This document shows, in pieces, positions 38,450 through 48,623 of a stretch of DNA of 64,000 bases. Position 1 is the stretch's first letter; each line of letters begins with the position of its first letter. Made by a program: the position numbers and the translations under genes. The DNA is from Candidatus Daviesbacteria bacterium RIFCSPLOWO2_01_FULL_39_23 (GTDB taxonomy: Bacteria; Patescibacteriota; Microgenomatia; Daviesbacterales; UBA10151), in the NCBI GenBank assembly GCA_001776935.1, contig MFDN01000015.1, positions 102,578 through 166,577 of the forward strand, in the 5' to 3' direction. A model generated the notes under the pieces. That model saw only the letters and a program-made list of their open reading frames with translations, was not told the DNA's origin and ran no database searches.

Positions 38450-38845
38450 ATGGGCACCAATAAATTATCAGCAAAAGATATTAAGCGGGAAAAGCATATT
38501 GTAGATGCAAGCGGAAAAGTATTAGGAAGGCTTGCAACAGAGATAGCAACTATGCTGATGGGGAAAAATAAGCCGCAATTTGTTCCTTACTTAGACACGG
38601 GAGATTCGGTTGTGGTGACCAATGCCAGCAAAGTTAAGGTGACAGGTAAAAAATCAAAAGTAAAAACTTATACCCGTCACTCCGGATACCCAGGCGGACT
38701 GAAAGTGGAAACTTTCGATAAAATGATTGTCCGGAAGCCGGAATATGTGATAGAGCATGCAGTAAAAGGCATGCTTCCTCAAACAAAATTGGGCAGGCAA
38801 ATGATAAAAAAGCTTAAAGTTTTTTCCGGCGAGGAGACCAAATGA
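38450..38845 (+). CDS. rplM: 50S ribosomal protein L13
   Basis: Canonical L13. Confidence 0.94.
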   Translation: MGTNKLSAKDIKREKHIVDASGKVLGRLATEIATMLMGKNKPQFVPYLDTGDSVVVTNASKVKVTGKKSKVKTYTRHSGYPGGLKVETFDKMIVRKPEYVIEHAVKGMLPQTKLGRQMIKKLKVFSGEETK

Positions 38846-39237
38846 CACAAACCGCAACAAATGTAGTAGGTAGAAGAAAAGAATCAAAAGCTCGTGTAAG
38901 AGTAAATCCTGGTAATGGACAGATGACGGTTAATGGTAAACCAATTGTAGAGTATTTCAGCGGACCTATAATGCAGAGAATTTATTCCAGACCTTTAGAA
39001 ATTACTAAATCGGCAGGCAAATACGCAATCTCTATAAAAGTTGAAGGCGGGGGTAAAGTCTCGCAACTCGGAGCAGTTGTTCACGGGATAGCAAGGGTTT
39101 TAGCAAAAACAGATCCATCTTTGCGGACTATCCTAAAAAAAGAAGGTTTTCTTACCCGTGATGCCAGGGCCAAAGAACGAAGAAAATACGGCAATGCCCA
39201 AAAAGCCCGAGCCAAGAAGCAGTCCCCAAAGAGGTAA
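38842..39237 (+). CDS. rpsI: 30S ribosomal protein S9
   Basis: Canonical S9 with the C-terminal [11 protein letters not shown]. Confidence 0.94.
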   Translation: MTQTATNVVGRRKESKARVRVNPGNGQMTVNGKPIVEYFSGPIMQRIYSRPLEITKSAGKYAISIKVEGGGKVSQLGAVVHGIARVLAKTDPSLRTILKKEGFLTRDARAKERRKYGNAQKARAKKQSPKR

Positions 39238-39317
39238 TTTCTATTTACATTTTGAAAAACCTGGGCAGTTGAATTTAATTTAAAAATTCTGTATAGTAAA
39301 AACTCTCCGCCAAGATT

Positions 39318-40712
39318 ATGCCAATACTTAAAAAAACAATGTTTCGCGAATACGACATGCGCGGTCGCGAAGCAGACGATGAACTTAACGATGAATCAAT
39401 GTACCATGTCGGCAGAGGGTTTGGCACCTTCCTTATTAAAAGGGGTGTCACAGAAGCGGTTGTTGGTCATGATGCAAGAGCTACATCTGAAAGCTTTCAT
39501 GCAAATGTGATCAAAGGTTTAATAGAATGCGGTGTTAATGTAATTGATATAGGAATAATTACCACCCCAATGGGCTATTGGGCGCAATATTACTTAAAAG
39601 TTAAAGGCTTAGTCACAGTTACTGCTTCTCATAATCCGGTTGGATGGAACGGCGTTAAACTCGGTTCAGATCTTTCCTATACTTTGCTTACTGATGATCT
39701 GCAGGAAGTCTACAACATAATTGCAAAAGAAGATTATGTTAATGGTAAAGGTACAATCAAAAAAGAAAATATTTTAGAAGCCTATATGAAAGATCTTCTT
39801 TCCCGGACAAAAATTACTAAAAAATTTAAAATACTGATTAATACCGGCAATGGTACAGCTGGGATAGTGGAACCGGAAATATTTAGAAGAGCCGGATGTG
39901 AGGTGATTGAGCATTTTACCAATATAGATCCAACTTATCCTAATTACACTGCAAATCCTGATGGAACCGCTATGATGGAAGATACAGGGGAGCAAACTGT
40001 TGCAAATGAGTGTGATTTAGGATTTGCCTTTGACGGGGATGGAGACAGGTTGGGTCTGGTTGATGAAAAGGGACAAACAATCTGGCCGGACAGGTATATC
40101 ATTTTACTTGGCCGTTTAGTTCTTTCAAAAGAGCCCGGAGCCAAGATTATTTTTGATGTGAAAGTATCAGAGGCTTTACCTGAAGATATTAGAGCGCACG
40201 GCGGAACGCCAATTATGTGGAAAACGGGTCATTCACATATTAAAGCTAAAATGCTTGAGGAAAAAGCTGCTATGGCAGGAGAGATGAGTGGACATGTATT
40301 TTTTAAACAGGATTTTTATGGTTTTGATGATGCGACTTTTGCGGCTTTGAAATTACTTGAGTATTTATCAGCACAAGAAGAATCATTATCTGGAGTTATC
40401 GCTACAACGCCTTATTATGTTTCAACTCCAACAATTCAAGTGAAGGCTACTGATGAAGATAAATATGAGGTGGTGAAAGAGTTGACTGAGGAATTTAAAA
40501 AGGATAATTACAAGGTCATAGATATTAATGGGGCAAGGGTTTACACCAGGAATGGTTGGGGATTGGTCCGGGCCTCCTCTAATACTCCTACTTTAGTTTT
40601 AAGATTTGAAGCCAAAACACAAGAAGATTTAGAAAAAATCCAAAAAATATTTAAAGATAAACTGGATAAATTTCCTGTTGTTTCAAAGGAATGGGATAGC
40701 AGTGGTCATTAA
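39318..40712 (+). CDS. phosphoglucomutase/phosphomannomutase family (alpha-D-phosphohexomutase)
   Basis: Active-site TASHNPVGWNGVK, metal-binding DGDGDR and sugar-binding GEMSGH. Confidence 0.88.
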   Translation: MPILKKTMFREYDMRGREADDELNDESMYHVGRGFGTFLIKRGVTEAVVGHDARATSESFHANVIKGLIECGVNVIDIGIITTPMGYWAQYYLKVKGLVTVTASHNPVGWNGVKLGSDLSYTLLTDDLQEVYNIIAKEDYVNGKGTIKKENILEAYMKDLLSRTKITKKFKILINTGNGTAGIVEPEIFRRAGCEVIEHFTNIDPTYPNYTANPDGTAMMEDTGEQTVANECDLGFAFDGDGDRLGLVDEKGQTIWPDRYIILLGRLVLSKEPGAKIIFDVKVSEALPEDIRAHGGTPIMWKTGHSHIKAKMLEEKAAMAGEMSGHVFFKQDFYGFDDATFAALKLLEYLSAQEESLSGVIATTPYYVSTPTIQVKATDEDKYEVVKELTEEFKKDNYKVIDINGARVYTRNGWGLVRASSNTPTLVLRFEAKTQEDLEKIQKIFKDKLDKFPVVSKEWDSSGH

Positions 40713-40759
40713 ACGTTTTTGAGGACTTGCCAAAGTAGGCAAGTTATGGTTTACTAGAG

Positions 40760-40907
40760 AATACATCAAGAGAGCCGCCCCAGGAGGCGAGCCGGCAACC
40801 TTAAAGCCTAAGGTGCCAGATCCGAGAGAGGATGATGTGGCCTGAGTCCTGAGCTTGTCGAAGGATCGAAGGCAAACTTTTAACCTCTCGTCTTGAGAGG
40901 TTTTTTT
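40760..40907 (+). ncRNA. SAM riboswitch (SAM-I clan, reduced I/IV-like aptamer) with a terminator expression platform upstream of metK
   Basis: P1 ACAUCA...UGAUGU encloses the S-box core AUCAAGAGAG, CCGGCAACC and AAGGUGCCA. The downstream terminator AACCUCUC-gucuu-GAGAGGUU followed by U7 lies 7 nt before the metK ATG. GAGAGG inside the aptamer can pair with CCUCUC as an anti-terminator. Confidence 0.6.
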
Positions 40908-40913
40908 AAACAT

Positions 40914-42029
40914 ATGATAAAAACAAACGGTATAACAACTTTTACTTCAGAATCAGTCTGTGCCGGTCATCCGGACAAAATCTGTGATCAAATTTCCGAT
41001 GCAATTTTGGATGCAGTGCTGGCTCAAGATCGTCAAGGCAGGACTGCGATAGAATGTTTAGCAGGACATAATAAACTTATCATTGCAGGAGAAGTAGGGG
41101 CAAATGCTAAAGTAGATTACGCCTCGGTTGCAAAAGATCAAATAAGGCGTCTTGGGTATACAGATCCTAAATTTAATTTTTGTGATAAATCCTCCATAGA
41201 GGTATATGTTCATGAGCAATCACCGGAAATAGCAGTTGGTGTAAAGAAAAAAGGAGCCGGTGATCAGGGGATGATGTTTGGTTTTGCCTGCCGTGAAACA
41301 GACAGCTTAATGCCGCTGCCTATAACTATGGCTAATGCTTTAGTTAAAAGGATGGATCAAGTGAGGGAAGAAAAGATTGTTAAATATTTGCGTCCGGATG
41401 GAAAATCTCAAGTGACTATCGAATACAAAGACGGAAAACCCCGGAAAATCTTGCAAGTAGTTGTAGCTATTCCTCATGAGGAATCAGTTAATTTAAATCA
41501 GGTAAAAGAAGACATATATGAATTTGTAGTAATACCGGTTTTGGAAAGGTTTGGTTTTAAGATTAAAATAGATGATTTGGTGGTTAACGGCACAGGCATT
41601 TGGCATAACGGCGGCCCGGCCTCTGATTGCGGTTTAACCGGTAGAAAGATTGTGGTTGATACGTACGGTGGGTATGCCAGAGTTGGAGGGGGAGCCTTTT
41701 CTGGAAAAGAGCCCTCTAAGGTAGATAGAGGAGGAGCATATGCTGCAAGGTTTTTAGCTAAAAATATTGTGGCTCATGGCTTAGCAGACAGGGCAGAAGT
41801 CAGACTTGCCTATTTTATCGGGGCAAAAAAACCTACCATGCAGGATGTGGAAACTTTTGGCACCAATAAAAAATCCCACAAAGTAATTCTTTCTTTTATG
41901 GAGAAAATCTTAGATACTTCTGTTTCCGGAATAATAAATGGTTTGGATTTACAAAGGCCGATATATCTGCCAACAGCAGCTTATGGTCACTTCGGCCGCG
42001 ACGAATTCCCCTGGGAAAAGATAGTTTAA
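40914..42029 (+). CDS. metK: S-adenosylmethionine synthetase
   Basis: ESVCAGHPDKICDQISDAILDA and GAFSGKEPSKVDRGGAYAARF. The start is taken after the riboswitch terminator. The ORF-track start at 40893 lies inside the hairpin. Confidence 0.95.
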   Translation: MIKTNGITTFTSESVCAGHPDKICDQISDAILDAVLAQDRQGRTAIECLAGHNKLIIAGEVGANAKVDYASVAKDQIRRLGYTDPKFNFCDKSSIEVYVHEQSPEIAVGVKKKGAGDQGMMFGFACRETDSLMPLPITMANALVKRMDQVREEKIVKYLRPDGKSQVTIEYKDGKPRKILQVVVAIPHEESVNLNQVKEDIYEFVVIPVLERFGFKIKIDDLVVNGTGIWHNGGPASDCGLTGRKIVVDTYGGYARVGGGAFSGKEPSKVDRGGAYAARFLAKNIVAHGLADRAEVRLAYFIGAKKPTMQDVETFGTNKKSHKVILSFMEKILDTSVSGIINGLDLQRPIYLPTAAYGHFGRDEFPWEKIV

Positions 42030-42099
42030 GCAAAACTTTAGTTATTTGGAACGATCGGACAGTTTACGTAAAGTTTAAAGAATTTCTTTTGAACAAAGT

Positions 42100-42369
42100 C
42101 TAATTTACTTTAAACTTCTTAAAATCTTTTAAAGGACCATCGGAAACTTCAACTTTTTCCACCCGGGCCATATTTGAACCGGTGTGACACCAATGCAGGA
42201 ATTTTTCTAAATTATCTTTTTCTCCTTCTGCTTCAATATAGACTGAGCCGTCCGGCTGGTTTTGGGCAAAACCTTTAATGTCTAAATCATCAGCTTGTTC
42301 TTTGGCATTGGCTCTGAAAAATACCCCTTGGACCAAACCAGAGATCTTGATATTAAGATGTATATTCAT
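42100..42369 (-). CDS. acyP: acylphosphatase
   Basis: GLVQGVFFRANAKEQADDLDIKGFAQNQPDGSV is canonical AcyP. The 30 N-terminal residues in the ORF track read through repeat F and are rejected. Confidence 0.85.
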   Translation of the reverse strand: MNIHLNIKISGLVQGVFFRANAKEQADDLDIKGFAQNQPDGSVYIEAEGEKDNLEKFLHWCHTGSNMARVEKVEVSDGPLKDFKKFKVN

Positions 42370-42387
42370 AATTTCTCCGTAATTGCG

Positions 42388-42457
42388 AGGAGTCTTACGA
42401 CGAAGCAATCTTGAGTAATAATTAATAGAGATTGCTACGCTAATCGCTCGCAATGAC
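42388..42457. repeat. palindromic element copy F. The right half is intact (AGAGATTGCTACGCTAATCGCTCGCAATGAC) and the left half is degenerate
   Basis: The right half differs from copy E (AGAGATTCTTCGCTAATCGCTCAGAATGAC) at only 3 positions. Confidence 0.65.
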
Positions 42458-42469
42458 AATTAAAAGATT

Positions 42470-43255
42470 TTAGGAAAACTCCAATATCATTGGTAAATGA
42501 TCGGATATTTCCAGATGAGGAACCTGAAAATTTTTGATTTGGATATCTTTTGAAGTAAATGCATAATCAGCGTATTTTTGAAATTCTGGTTTTCCGTAAA
42601 AAGGACTTAGACTACTTCTAGTTAGTTCAATTTGAAATTCTTTTATTAGGTTTTTCATATTGTTCTCAACAATTTTGATACATTCGGTGTGCGGCAATAA
42701 ATTAAAATCACCAATCAATATTTTTGAGTCGTTTTCAGCATCCACAATTTGTTTTACTCTTTCTGTTTCCAAAAGCCGCCTTTTCGTATCAAGTTTATTT
42801 CCCGGAAAAGGCGTTCCATGGAAATTAAAAACTGAAAAATTTTTACTCTCTGTATTAAAATTTATATATTGCAAAGGGGTTGAGAGGTTTGAAAAATCCT
42901 TTTTTAAAGGTTGAGTATCATCGTTTTTAAAAATGAAGAAGTCTTTTTTGGATATAATTTTGATATCATTTTTAACAAATATTGCCAGTCCATAAGTTAA
43001 ATCAAAATCTACAGGAACAGCGTTGTCATCAAATCCGCTTTTTGTTGGAAAATAGAACTCTTGAAAATTTGGTAAGATATTTTCTATTTCCGAAAGTAGA
43101 TTAGCCCTAATCCCCCTGCATGTTTTGATATTAGATTTTGTGTCATAGATTTCCTGGAAACAGAAAATATCAGTATCTTGTGAATGGTTTTTTATAAAAT
43201 CCATCAAGGGCTCAAATATTTTCCCGCCCCAGGTATTTAGAGAAATAAGTTTCAT
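42470..43255 (-). CDS. endonuclease/exonuclease/phosphatase (EEP) family protein
   Basis: N-terminal LNTWGG, CFQE, GDFN and C-terminal SDHLP match the EEP catalytic motifs. Confidence 0.75.
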   Translation of the reverse strand: MKLISLNTWGGKIFEPLMDFIKNHSQDTDIFCFQEIYDTKSNIKTCRGIRANLLSEIENILPNFQEFYFPTKSGFDDNAVPVDFDLTYGLAIFVKNDIKIISKKDFFIFKNDDTQPLKKDFSNLSTPLQYINFNTESKNFSVFNFHGTPFPGNKLDTKRRLLETERVKQIVDAENDSKILIGDFNLLPHTECIKIVENNMKNLIKEFQIELTRSSLSPFYGKPEFQKYADYAFTSKDIQIKNFQVPHLEISDHLPMILEFS

Positions 43256-43445
43256 AATTGAACGTAGTGAAATTATAAGTCCACGTCTATGAATAGTATT
43301 CTACGAGGCTGAATGGTAAAATACAACAAGCACCGGAGATTAGTTCATCGGGTTAAAGTCGTAAATCGACTTTAACGGGATAACTACAATCAAATCCGCA
43401 TTTAGCGGATATTTTAAAATCATGCTTATCCCAGGAAGACCGCGA

Positions 43446-43519
43446 CGGGGAGTAGTATAGTGGTAACACGCCGCGCTGGGGGTGCGGCATCGGGAGTTCG
43501 ATTCTCCCCTCCCCGACCA
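43446..43519 (+). tRNA. tRNA-Pro (anticodon GGG), CCA-encoded
   Basis: Acceptor stem CGGGGAG/CTCCCCG. T-arm GGGAG-TTCGATT-CTCCC. Anticodon stem CCGCG/TGCGG with loop CTGGGGG. Discriminator A followed by CCA. The D-stem has one A:C mismatch. Confidence 0.85.
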
Positions 43520-43585
43520 ATATAGTACATTTTGGGGTATTGACCTTTGGGATATATTTGGTAACCTATAAAGTAGTATAAAATT

Positions 43586-44653
43586 ATGGCACAAACAAAT
43601 AACGATGCCAGAAAAGCTGCAATTTCTGCAGCTATGGCTCAAATTCAAAAGCAGTATGGCACAGGTTCTATAATGCGTTTGGGCGAGCGGGTTGAAAAAT
43701 TTACTACAGAAGTTATCCCTACAGGTTCTCTGGCATTAGATTTAGCATTAGGTGTTGGGGGTTTGCCAAAAGGAAGAATTATAGAAGTTTACGGACCTGA
43801 AGCAGGCGGGAAGACCAGTGTATGCTTGCATGTAATCGCTGAAGCTCAAAAAAAAGGCGGAGTGGCAGCATTTATAGACGCAGAGCATGCCTTGGATCCT
43901 CAGAGAGCGCAAAAGATCGGAGTAAATTTGGACGATCTGTTGATCTCCCAGCCGGATACCGGCGAGCAGGCTTTGGAAATTGCCGAGGCCTTAATCCGTT
44001 CAGGCGGAGTAGATGTTTTGGTAATAGATTCTGTGGCAGCGCTGGTACCAAGGTCAGAGCTGGAGGGCGAAATGGGTGAATCTTCAATGGGTGTACAGGC
44101 TAGACTAATGTCTCAGGCTTTACGAAAATTAACCGGCGCAGTTTCCAACACCAACACTATTGTAATCTTTACTAATCAGTTAAGACAAAAAATCGGGATT
44201 ATGTTTGGCAATCCAGAAACCACAACAGGAGGCCTTGCATTGAAATTTTATTCCTCTATCCGCTTGGATATCCGGAAGATTGAAAATATTAAAGATGGGG
44301 ATTTGGTTATTGGTTCAAGACACAGGGTTAAGGTGGTTAAAAATAAAGTCGCTCCCCCGTTTAGAATTGCGGAATTTGATATGGACGAGAATGGAATATC
44401 TCATGAAGGAGAGCTTTTAGATGTAGGGATAGAACTTGGGATTTTAACCAAATCAGGAGCTTTCATAAGATGGGGAGAAAAAATGCTGGGTCAGGGGCGA
44501 CAGGCAAGCATTGCATACTTAAAAGAAAATAAAAAAGAGGCACAAGTTTTGGAGAAGGATATCAGGGAAGCTTGGGGCAAGCAAAAAGAAGGTAAGGAAA
44601 AACTTGTAGTCGGGAAAGAAGAAGATAAGGGAGTGTTAGAAGAGGTTGTATAA
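43586..44653 (+). CDS. recA: recombinase RecA
   Basis: [12 protein letters not shown] Walker A and canonical L1/L2 loops. Confidence 0.97.
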   Translation: MAQTNNDARKAAISAAMAQIQKQYGTGSIMRLGERVEKFTTEVIPTGSLALDLALGVGGLPKGRIIEVYGPEAGGKTSVCLHVIAEAQKKGGVAAFIDAEHALDPQRAQKIGVNLDDLLISQPDTGEQALEIAEALIRSGGVDVLVIDSVAALVPRSELEGEMGESSMGVQARLMSQALRKLTGAVSNTNTIVIFTNQLRQKIGIMFGNPETTTGGLALKFYSSIRLDIRKIENIKDGDLVIGSRHRVKVVKNKVAPPFRIAEFDMDENGISHEGELLDVGIELGILTKSGAFIRWGEKMLGQGRQASIAYLKENKKEAQVLEKDIREAWGKQKEGKEKLVVGKEEDKGVLEEVV

Positions 44654-44660
44654 TTGATGC

Positions 44661-45323
44661 ATGCCTAAAATTACCTCGGTAGAACCTCAGAAAAAAAATC
44701 TTCGCCGGTTTAATGTTTATCTGGATGGAGAATTTGCCTTTGGGGCAGATGAAGATCTGGTGGTTAACAAGAGATTGGTAGTTGGAAAAGAAATTTCAAA
44801 AGAAGATTTAGAAAAAATTTTATTTGAGGCAGAGGTGGGGAAATTAATGGAGCGGATGTATGGGTGGTTTTCTTTAAGGCAGCATTCAGAAGCAGAGGTT
44901 AGGCAATATTTTAGAATCAAGAATCAAGAATCAAGAATAAAAGATAAAGAACCAATAAGCCAGCTGGTGATTGATGCTACGATAGAAACTTTAAAGAAAA
45001 AAGGCATGGTAAATGATTTGGAATTTGCCAAGGCCTGGGTAGAGGCAAGAAGAAAAAGCAGGCAAAAAGGCATTCGGGCTATAAAATCAGAGCTTTTTCA
45101 AAAAGGGATTGATAAGGAAATTATAGAAAAAGTGATAAGTGATACGCGATACGAGATAAGTGAAGAAGAGTTGGCAAAGCAGGCTTTGGAGAAAAAAATA
45201 AAATATTGGAAAAATTTAGATCCCAAAAAGCTCTATCAAAAATCAATTGAATTTTTGCTCAGAAAAGGATTTGATTATGAGGTTGTTAAGTCTGTAATTG
45301 AAAAAGTAATAAAAAAAGAGTAA
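44661..45323 (+). CDS. recX: regulatory protein RecX
   Basis: Three-helix-repeat RecX architecture located immediately downstream of recA. Confidence 0.8.
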   Translation: MPKITSVEPQKKNLRRFNVYLDGEFAFGADEDLVVNKRLVVGKEISKEDLEKILFEAEVGKLMERMYGWFSLRQHSEAEVRQYFRIKNQESRIKDKEPISQLVIDATIETLKKKGMVNDLEFAKAWVEARRKSRQKGIRAIKSELFQKGIDKEIIEKVISDTRYEISEEELAKQALEKKIKYWKNLDPKKLYQKSIEFLLRKGFDYEVVKSVIEKVIKKE

Positions 45324-45457
45324 AATAGTTCTAGAGAATCAGAAAGAGTGGATTTATCTATGAAAAAATTAATTCTCAAAACCAAGTCAGACTTGGTCAA
45401 AAAATTAATACTCCCTCTAAGCTTCGAGTAATCGGAGTCTTTTCTGATTCTGTTAAT

Positions 45458-45547
45458 GTCATCCTGAACATAGTGAAGGATCTCTGAACTTGTTTCAGAT
45501 GGATCTAGAATAAATCTAGAGATTCTTCGCTAATCGCTCAGAATGAC
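45458..45547. repeat. nested-palindromic repeat element copy E (90 bp), reading GTCATCCTGAAC ... GAAGGATCTCTGAACTTGTTTCAG ... AGAGATTCTTCGCTAATCGCTCAGAATGAC
   Basis: Full copy. It shares 24 consecutive nt (GAAGGATCTCTGAACTTGTTTCAG) with copy B. Confidence 0.8.
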
Positions 45548-45560
45548 CAGAGAGAATATT

Positions 45561-46901
45561 ATGCAACGATCATTTGGTCCAATTAAAACTAATCAGCAAT
45601 CTCCATCATCTGATGGAGATTTTATCAAACGTGAAGCAGAGCTTGCCAAAAGAGAAGGGGTTTTAGAAGAAAGAGAAAGACAGATTACTCAAAAACAAAT
45701 ACTTCTGGATGAGAAATTGGAATCTTTGGAAAAAGTCCGTAAAGATTTAGTTTCCAAGCTGGAGAAAGTTTCTTCTATTTCCAAAGACGAAGCTCAAAAA
45801 ATTCTTTTAGAAAATGTTGATAAAGATTTATCTTCAGAAATATCCAAAAAAATAAAAGAGGCAGAAGAAGAAATAAAGCTGGCAGCAGATGAGAAGGCTA
45901 AAGAAATTTTAGCCAGCGCAATGCAACACGGCGTGACAGATTATATTTCAGAATTTACGACTTCAAAAGTAAAGCTTCCGGATGAGGAAATGAAAGGCAG
46001 GATTATCGGTAAAGAAGGCAGAAATGTCAGAACGTTTGAACAAGTGACAGGGGTTGATGTAGTGATGGATGATGAGATTCCGGATACTTTGATTTTATCT
46101 TCATTTGATCCGGTAAGGAGGGAAATAGCTAAAGTTTCTTTGGAAAGACTTATGGAGGATGGGAGGATTCAACCGCAAAGAATTGAAGAAATTGTTCAAA
46201 AGACCAAGGAAGATATAAATAAAATCATGAGAGCGGCAGGCGAAAAGTTGTGTCATGATGTCGGGGTTTATAACTTGCCTGTGGAGTTGGTGGATATCAT
46301 CGGCAGGTTTAAATACCGTTATTCATATGGACAAAATTTAATCATGCACACACAGGAGGAAACACAAATCGGAATTGTTTTAGCAAAAGAAATCGGAGCA
46401 GATGTTAACGTAGTGCGCTTGGGGTGCTTATTGCATGATATTGGAAAAGTGGTAACAGAGGGTGATGAGGGTACGCATGTGGAAAAAGGAGTACAGCTTG
46501 CAAAAAAATTCGGGATATCTGAAAAAGTTATCAATTGCATCGCAGAGCATCATGAAGATAAGCCTTTTTCAGCAGTTGAATCAATCCTTGTATACATTGC
46601 TGATGCAATATCCGGAGGCAGGCCTGGTGCCAGACATGAAAATGTCGGAGATTATATAAAGAGGATGGATGATATTGAAAAAATTGCCACATCTTTTGAA
46701 GGTGTTGAAAAAGCTTTTGCAGTGCAAGCTGGACGAGAAGTCAGGGTGATTGTAATTCCGGAAAAGGTTCCTGATGATGAGCTGCCGAAATTAACTCATG
46801 AAATAGCTGATAGGATTTCCAAAGAAGTGATGGTTCCCGGAGCTGTTAAGATAACTGCAATTAGAGAAACGCGCTATTCTGAGTCTACTTTGACAACCTA
46901 A
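45561..46901 (+). CDS. rny: ribonuclease Y (KH plus HD domain). No N-terminal TM helix is evident
   Basis: KH motif IIGKEGRNVRTFEQVTG and HD motif LLHDIGK. The start is taken at MQRSFG, which has a GAGAG Shine-Dalgarno. The upstream ATG at 45543 is the ATGAC terminus of repeat E. Confidence 0.9.
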   Translation: MQRSFGPIKTNQQSPSSDGDFIKREAELAKREGVLEERERQITQKQILLDEKLESLEKVRKDLVSKLEKVSSISKDEAQKILLENVDKDLSSEISKKIKEAEEEIKLAADEKAKEILASAMQHGVTDYISEFTTSKVKLPDEEMKGRIIGKEGRNVRTFEQVTGVDVVMDDEIPDTLILSSFDPVRREIAKVSLERLMEDGRIQPQRIEEIVQKTKEDINKIMRAAGEKLCHDVGVYNLPVELVDIIGRFKYRYSYGQNLIMHTQEETQIGIVLAKEIGADVNVVRLGCLLHDIGKVVTEGDEGTHVEKGVQLAKKFGISEKVINCIAEHHEDKPFSAVESILVYIADAISGGRPGARHENVGDYIKRMDDIEKIATSFEGVEKAFAVQAGREVRVIVIPEKVPDDELPKLTHEIADRISKEVMVPGAVKITAIRETRYSESTLTT

Positions 46902-48296
46902 TTATCTTCTTTGGAAAATAATTAAACTTCTGTCTTCAAGCTTAATTTTCCAATAATTGGATTTTTTGAAAGTAGCTATTCTCTCTTTTAGGCTGTCGGG
47001 GTTCATCGGATAACTGCTTAAAGAGCTGTCTAAAACGATGTATTCTGCACCAAATACTTCCGGAAAAAAAAAGATCTGTTCCCTGTTTGCAAGATGTGGA
47101 ATTATTGGTGATTGTGCGGAAACTGAAGCAGAGGAAGAGATAGTTTGCAGGGATTTTTGTATGTACTGTAAATGCGAAATATCCTGAATGGGGTTTTTTA
47201 TTACTCCCCAGACCAAGCCGTTTGGCGCAAGTCCCCCGGTAAAGAGGAAAAATATAAAAAGAATAATTACGGGACGCAAAGGAATATTGAATTTGCTTAG
47301 GGCAAAGATTGAGCTGACTGCAAGGAAAGGTATTAGGTTGGCGCTATGATGAAAGTTATTAGTCCATGTTTGAATGTAAGTGGAGGAAAATCTAAGGAAT
47401 AGGGATGGGAAAACAGTAAGCCAGCTTAATATGGATAATACAGGTAAGAAATCAAACGAACGGTATAGCTCATCAACTGTTTGCATTTTTATGGGAGAGT
47501 TGAAAAGTTGATCAGTAAATATAGAAGGGCGGGTAAGGATTAGCAAAATTAAATCGAGAGGCTGATTTATAGGAAGGATAGAGGCAGATAAATAAGCTGA
47601 GCTGGCTCCTGCCCAAAGGAATGGCATTATTTGAAACTTGATAATATATACGCTTACCAGCGCAAAGATTACAGTCAGTAAGCCTAACTTTATTTCACGT
47701 TTAATTATTTGAAATAAACCCAGTCCCAGAATAAATATCGGGATATCTTCTTTGAAAGTTAAGCTTAAAGCAAGAATAATCCAATACATTCTCCATTTTT
47801 TAAAATACCAGAAGTAAAGTATTAAAGATAAAGGCAATACAGAAATAGTTGCTAAATGGAAATCGAAATTTACAGCGGATATGATCCCCTGTGAGGTTAG
47901 ATAAGATAAGGCAATTAAAAAACTAACTAAAGTATTTTTTAACCTGTCTTGGGCGATTGCATAAATAGGAATACAGCTTAATGCTACGAAAATTGCTTGT
48001 AGGATGAGAAGAGTTGAGGCATCGGGAAAGAGTTTGTAGAGAGGGGAAATCAAAAGCAGGATTAAGCCAAAATGATCGGCTAATATTAGCATATGTTTTA
48101 ATGTGCTAAACGGAGTCAGGCCTTGGCTGTAAAGATATGTCGCCTGAGTATGAATTCCTAAATCAAATGCATGGGAATTAAAACTGAAGTGTCTATTGAG
48201 AGTATGAAGTGAAAATATAACTATAAATAGTGCTGCCAAAAGAGAAGGGATGATAATTCTTTGCGCCATAAGGAGGGCAGAAAAATATTTTAACAT
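46902..48296 (-). CDS. polytopic membrane protein, DUF2079-like (putative GT-C-fold glycosyltransferase)
   Basis: More than 10 predicted TM helices. The N-terminal region has the loop motifs HAFDLGIHTQA...LADHFGLILL. The start is trimmed to MLKYF to avoid overlap with hup. Confidence 0.55.
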   Translation of the reverse strand: MLKYFSALLMAQRIIIPSLLAALFIVIFSLHTLNRHFSFNSHAFDLGIHTQATYLYSQGLTPFSTLKHMLILADHFGLILLLISPLYKLFPDASTLLILQAIFVALSCIPIYAIAQDRLKNTLVSFLIALSYLTSQGIISAVNFDFHLATISVLPLSLILYFWYFKKWRMYWIILALSLTFKEDIPIFILGLGLFQIIKREIKLGLLTVIFALVSVYIIKFQIMPFLWAGASSAYLSASILPINQPLDLILLILTRPSIFTDQLFNSPIKMQTVDELYRSFDFLPVLSILSWLTVFPSLFLRFSSTYIQTWTNNFHHSANLIPFLAVSSIFALSKFNIPLRPVIILFIFFLFTGGLAPNGLVWGVIKNPIQDISHLQYIQKSLQTISSSASVSAQSPIIPHLANREQIFFFPEVFGAEYIVLDSSLSSYPMNPDSLKERIATFKKSNYWKIKLEDRSLIIFQRR

Positions 48297-48350
48297 ATTA
48301 TTATTTTGGGGCTTGATAAAAGGTAAAACATCTGGTAATTTATCCCTGTT

Positions 48351-48623
48351 ATGACGAAAAATGAACTGATTGAAAAGGTTGCTAAAAAAGCAAACCTGAC
48401 CAAAAGAGCTGCAGCTGATGCTGTAAATCAAACATTTAATTTAATTAAGGATGGATTAGTCAGGGGAGAAAAAGTTGTTATCACAGGATTTGGAACCTTT
48501 CTGATAAGATCTCGCGCAGCAAGACGGGGAAGGAACCCGCAAACCGGGGAAACTATTCAAATCCCCAATAAAAAGACTCCGGGCTTTACTTCCGGCAAAA
48601 CCCTTAAGAGATTAATCAAGTAA
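48351..48623 (+). CDS. hup: DNA-binding protein HU
   Basis: MTKNELIEKVAKKANLTKRAAADAV...RNPQTGETIQIPNKKTPGFTSGKTLK matches the canonical HU beta-arm. Confidence 0.93.
   Translation: MTKNELIEKVAKKANLTKRAAADAVNQTFNLIKDGLVRGEKVVITGFGTFLIRSRAARRGRNPQTGETIQIPNKKTPGFTSGKTLKRLIK

Noticed and set aside
40893-40913. ORF-track start of metK at 40893 (MRGFFKH...)
   Set aside because: This ATG lies inside the riboswitch terminator stem (GAGAGGTTTTTTT). The ATG at 40914 (MIKTNG) gives a normal MetK N-terminus.
42370-42459. 30-aa N-terminal extension of the acylphosphatase ORF (track start 42459)
   Set aside because: The extension reads straight through palindromic repeat F. The conserved AcyP sequence begins at the internal Met (MNIHLNIKISG), so the start was moved to 42369.
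43340-43648. 102-aa minus-strand ORF
   Set aside because: It completely overlaps tRNA-Pro (43446-43519) and the recA 5' end, and has no coding signal. It is an artefact of the six-frame scan.
45543-45560. rny start at 45543
   Set aside because: The ATG is the ATGAC terminus of repeat E and lacks a Shine-Dalgarno. The downstream ATG at 45561 has a GAGAG SD.
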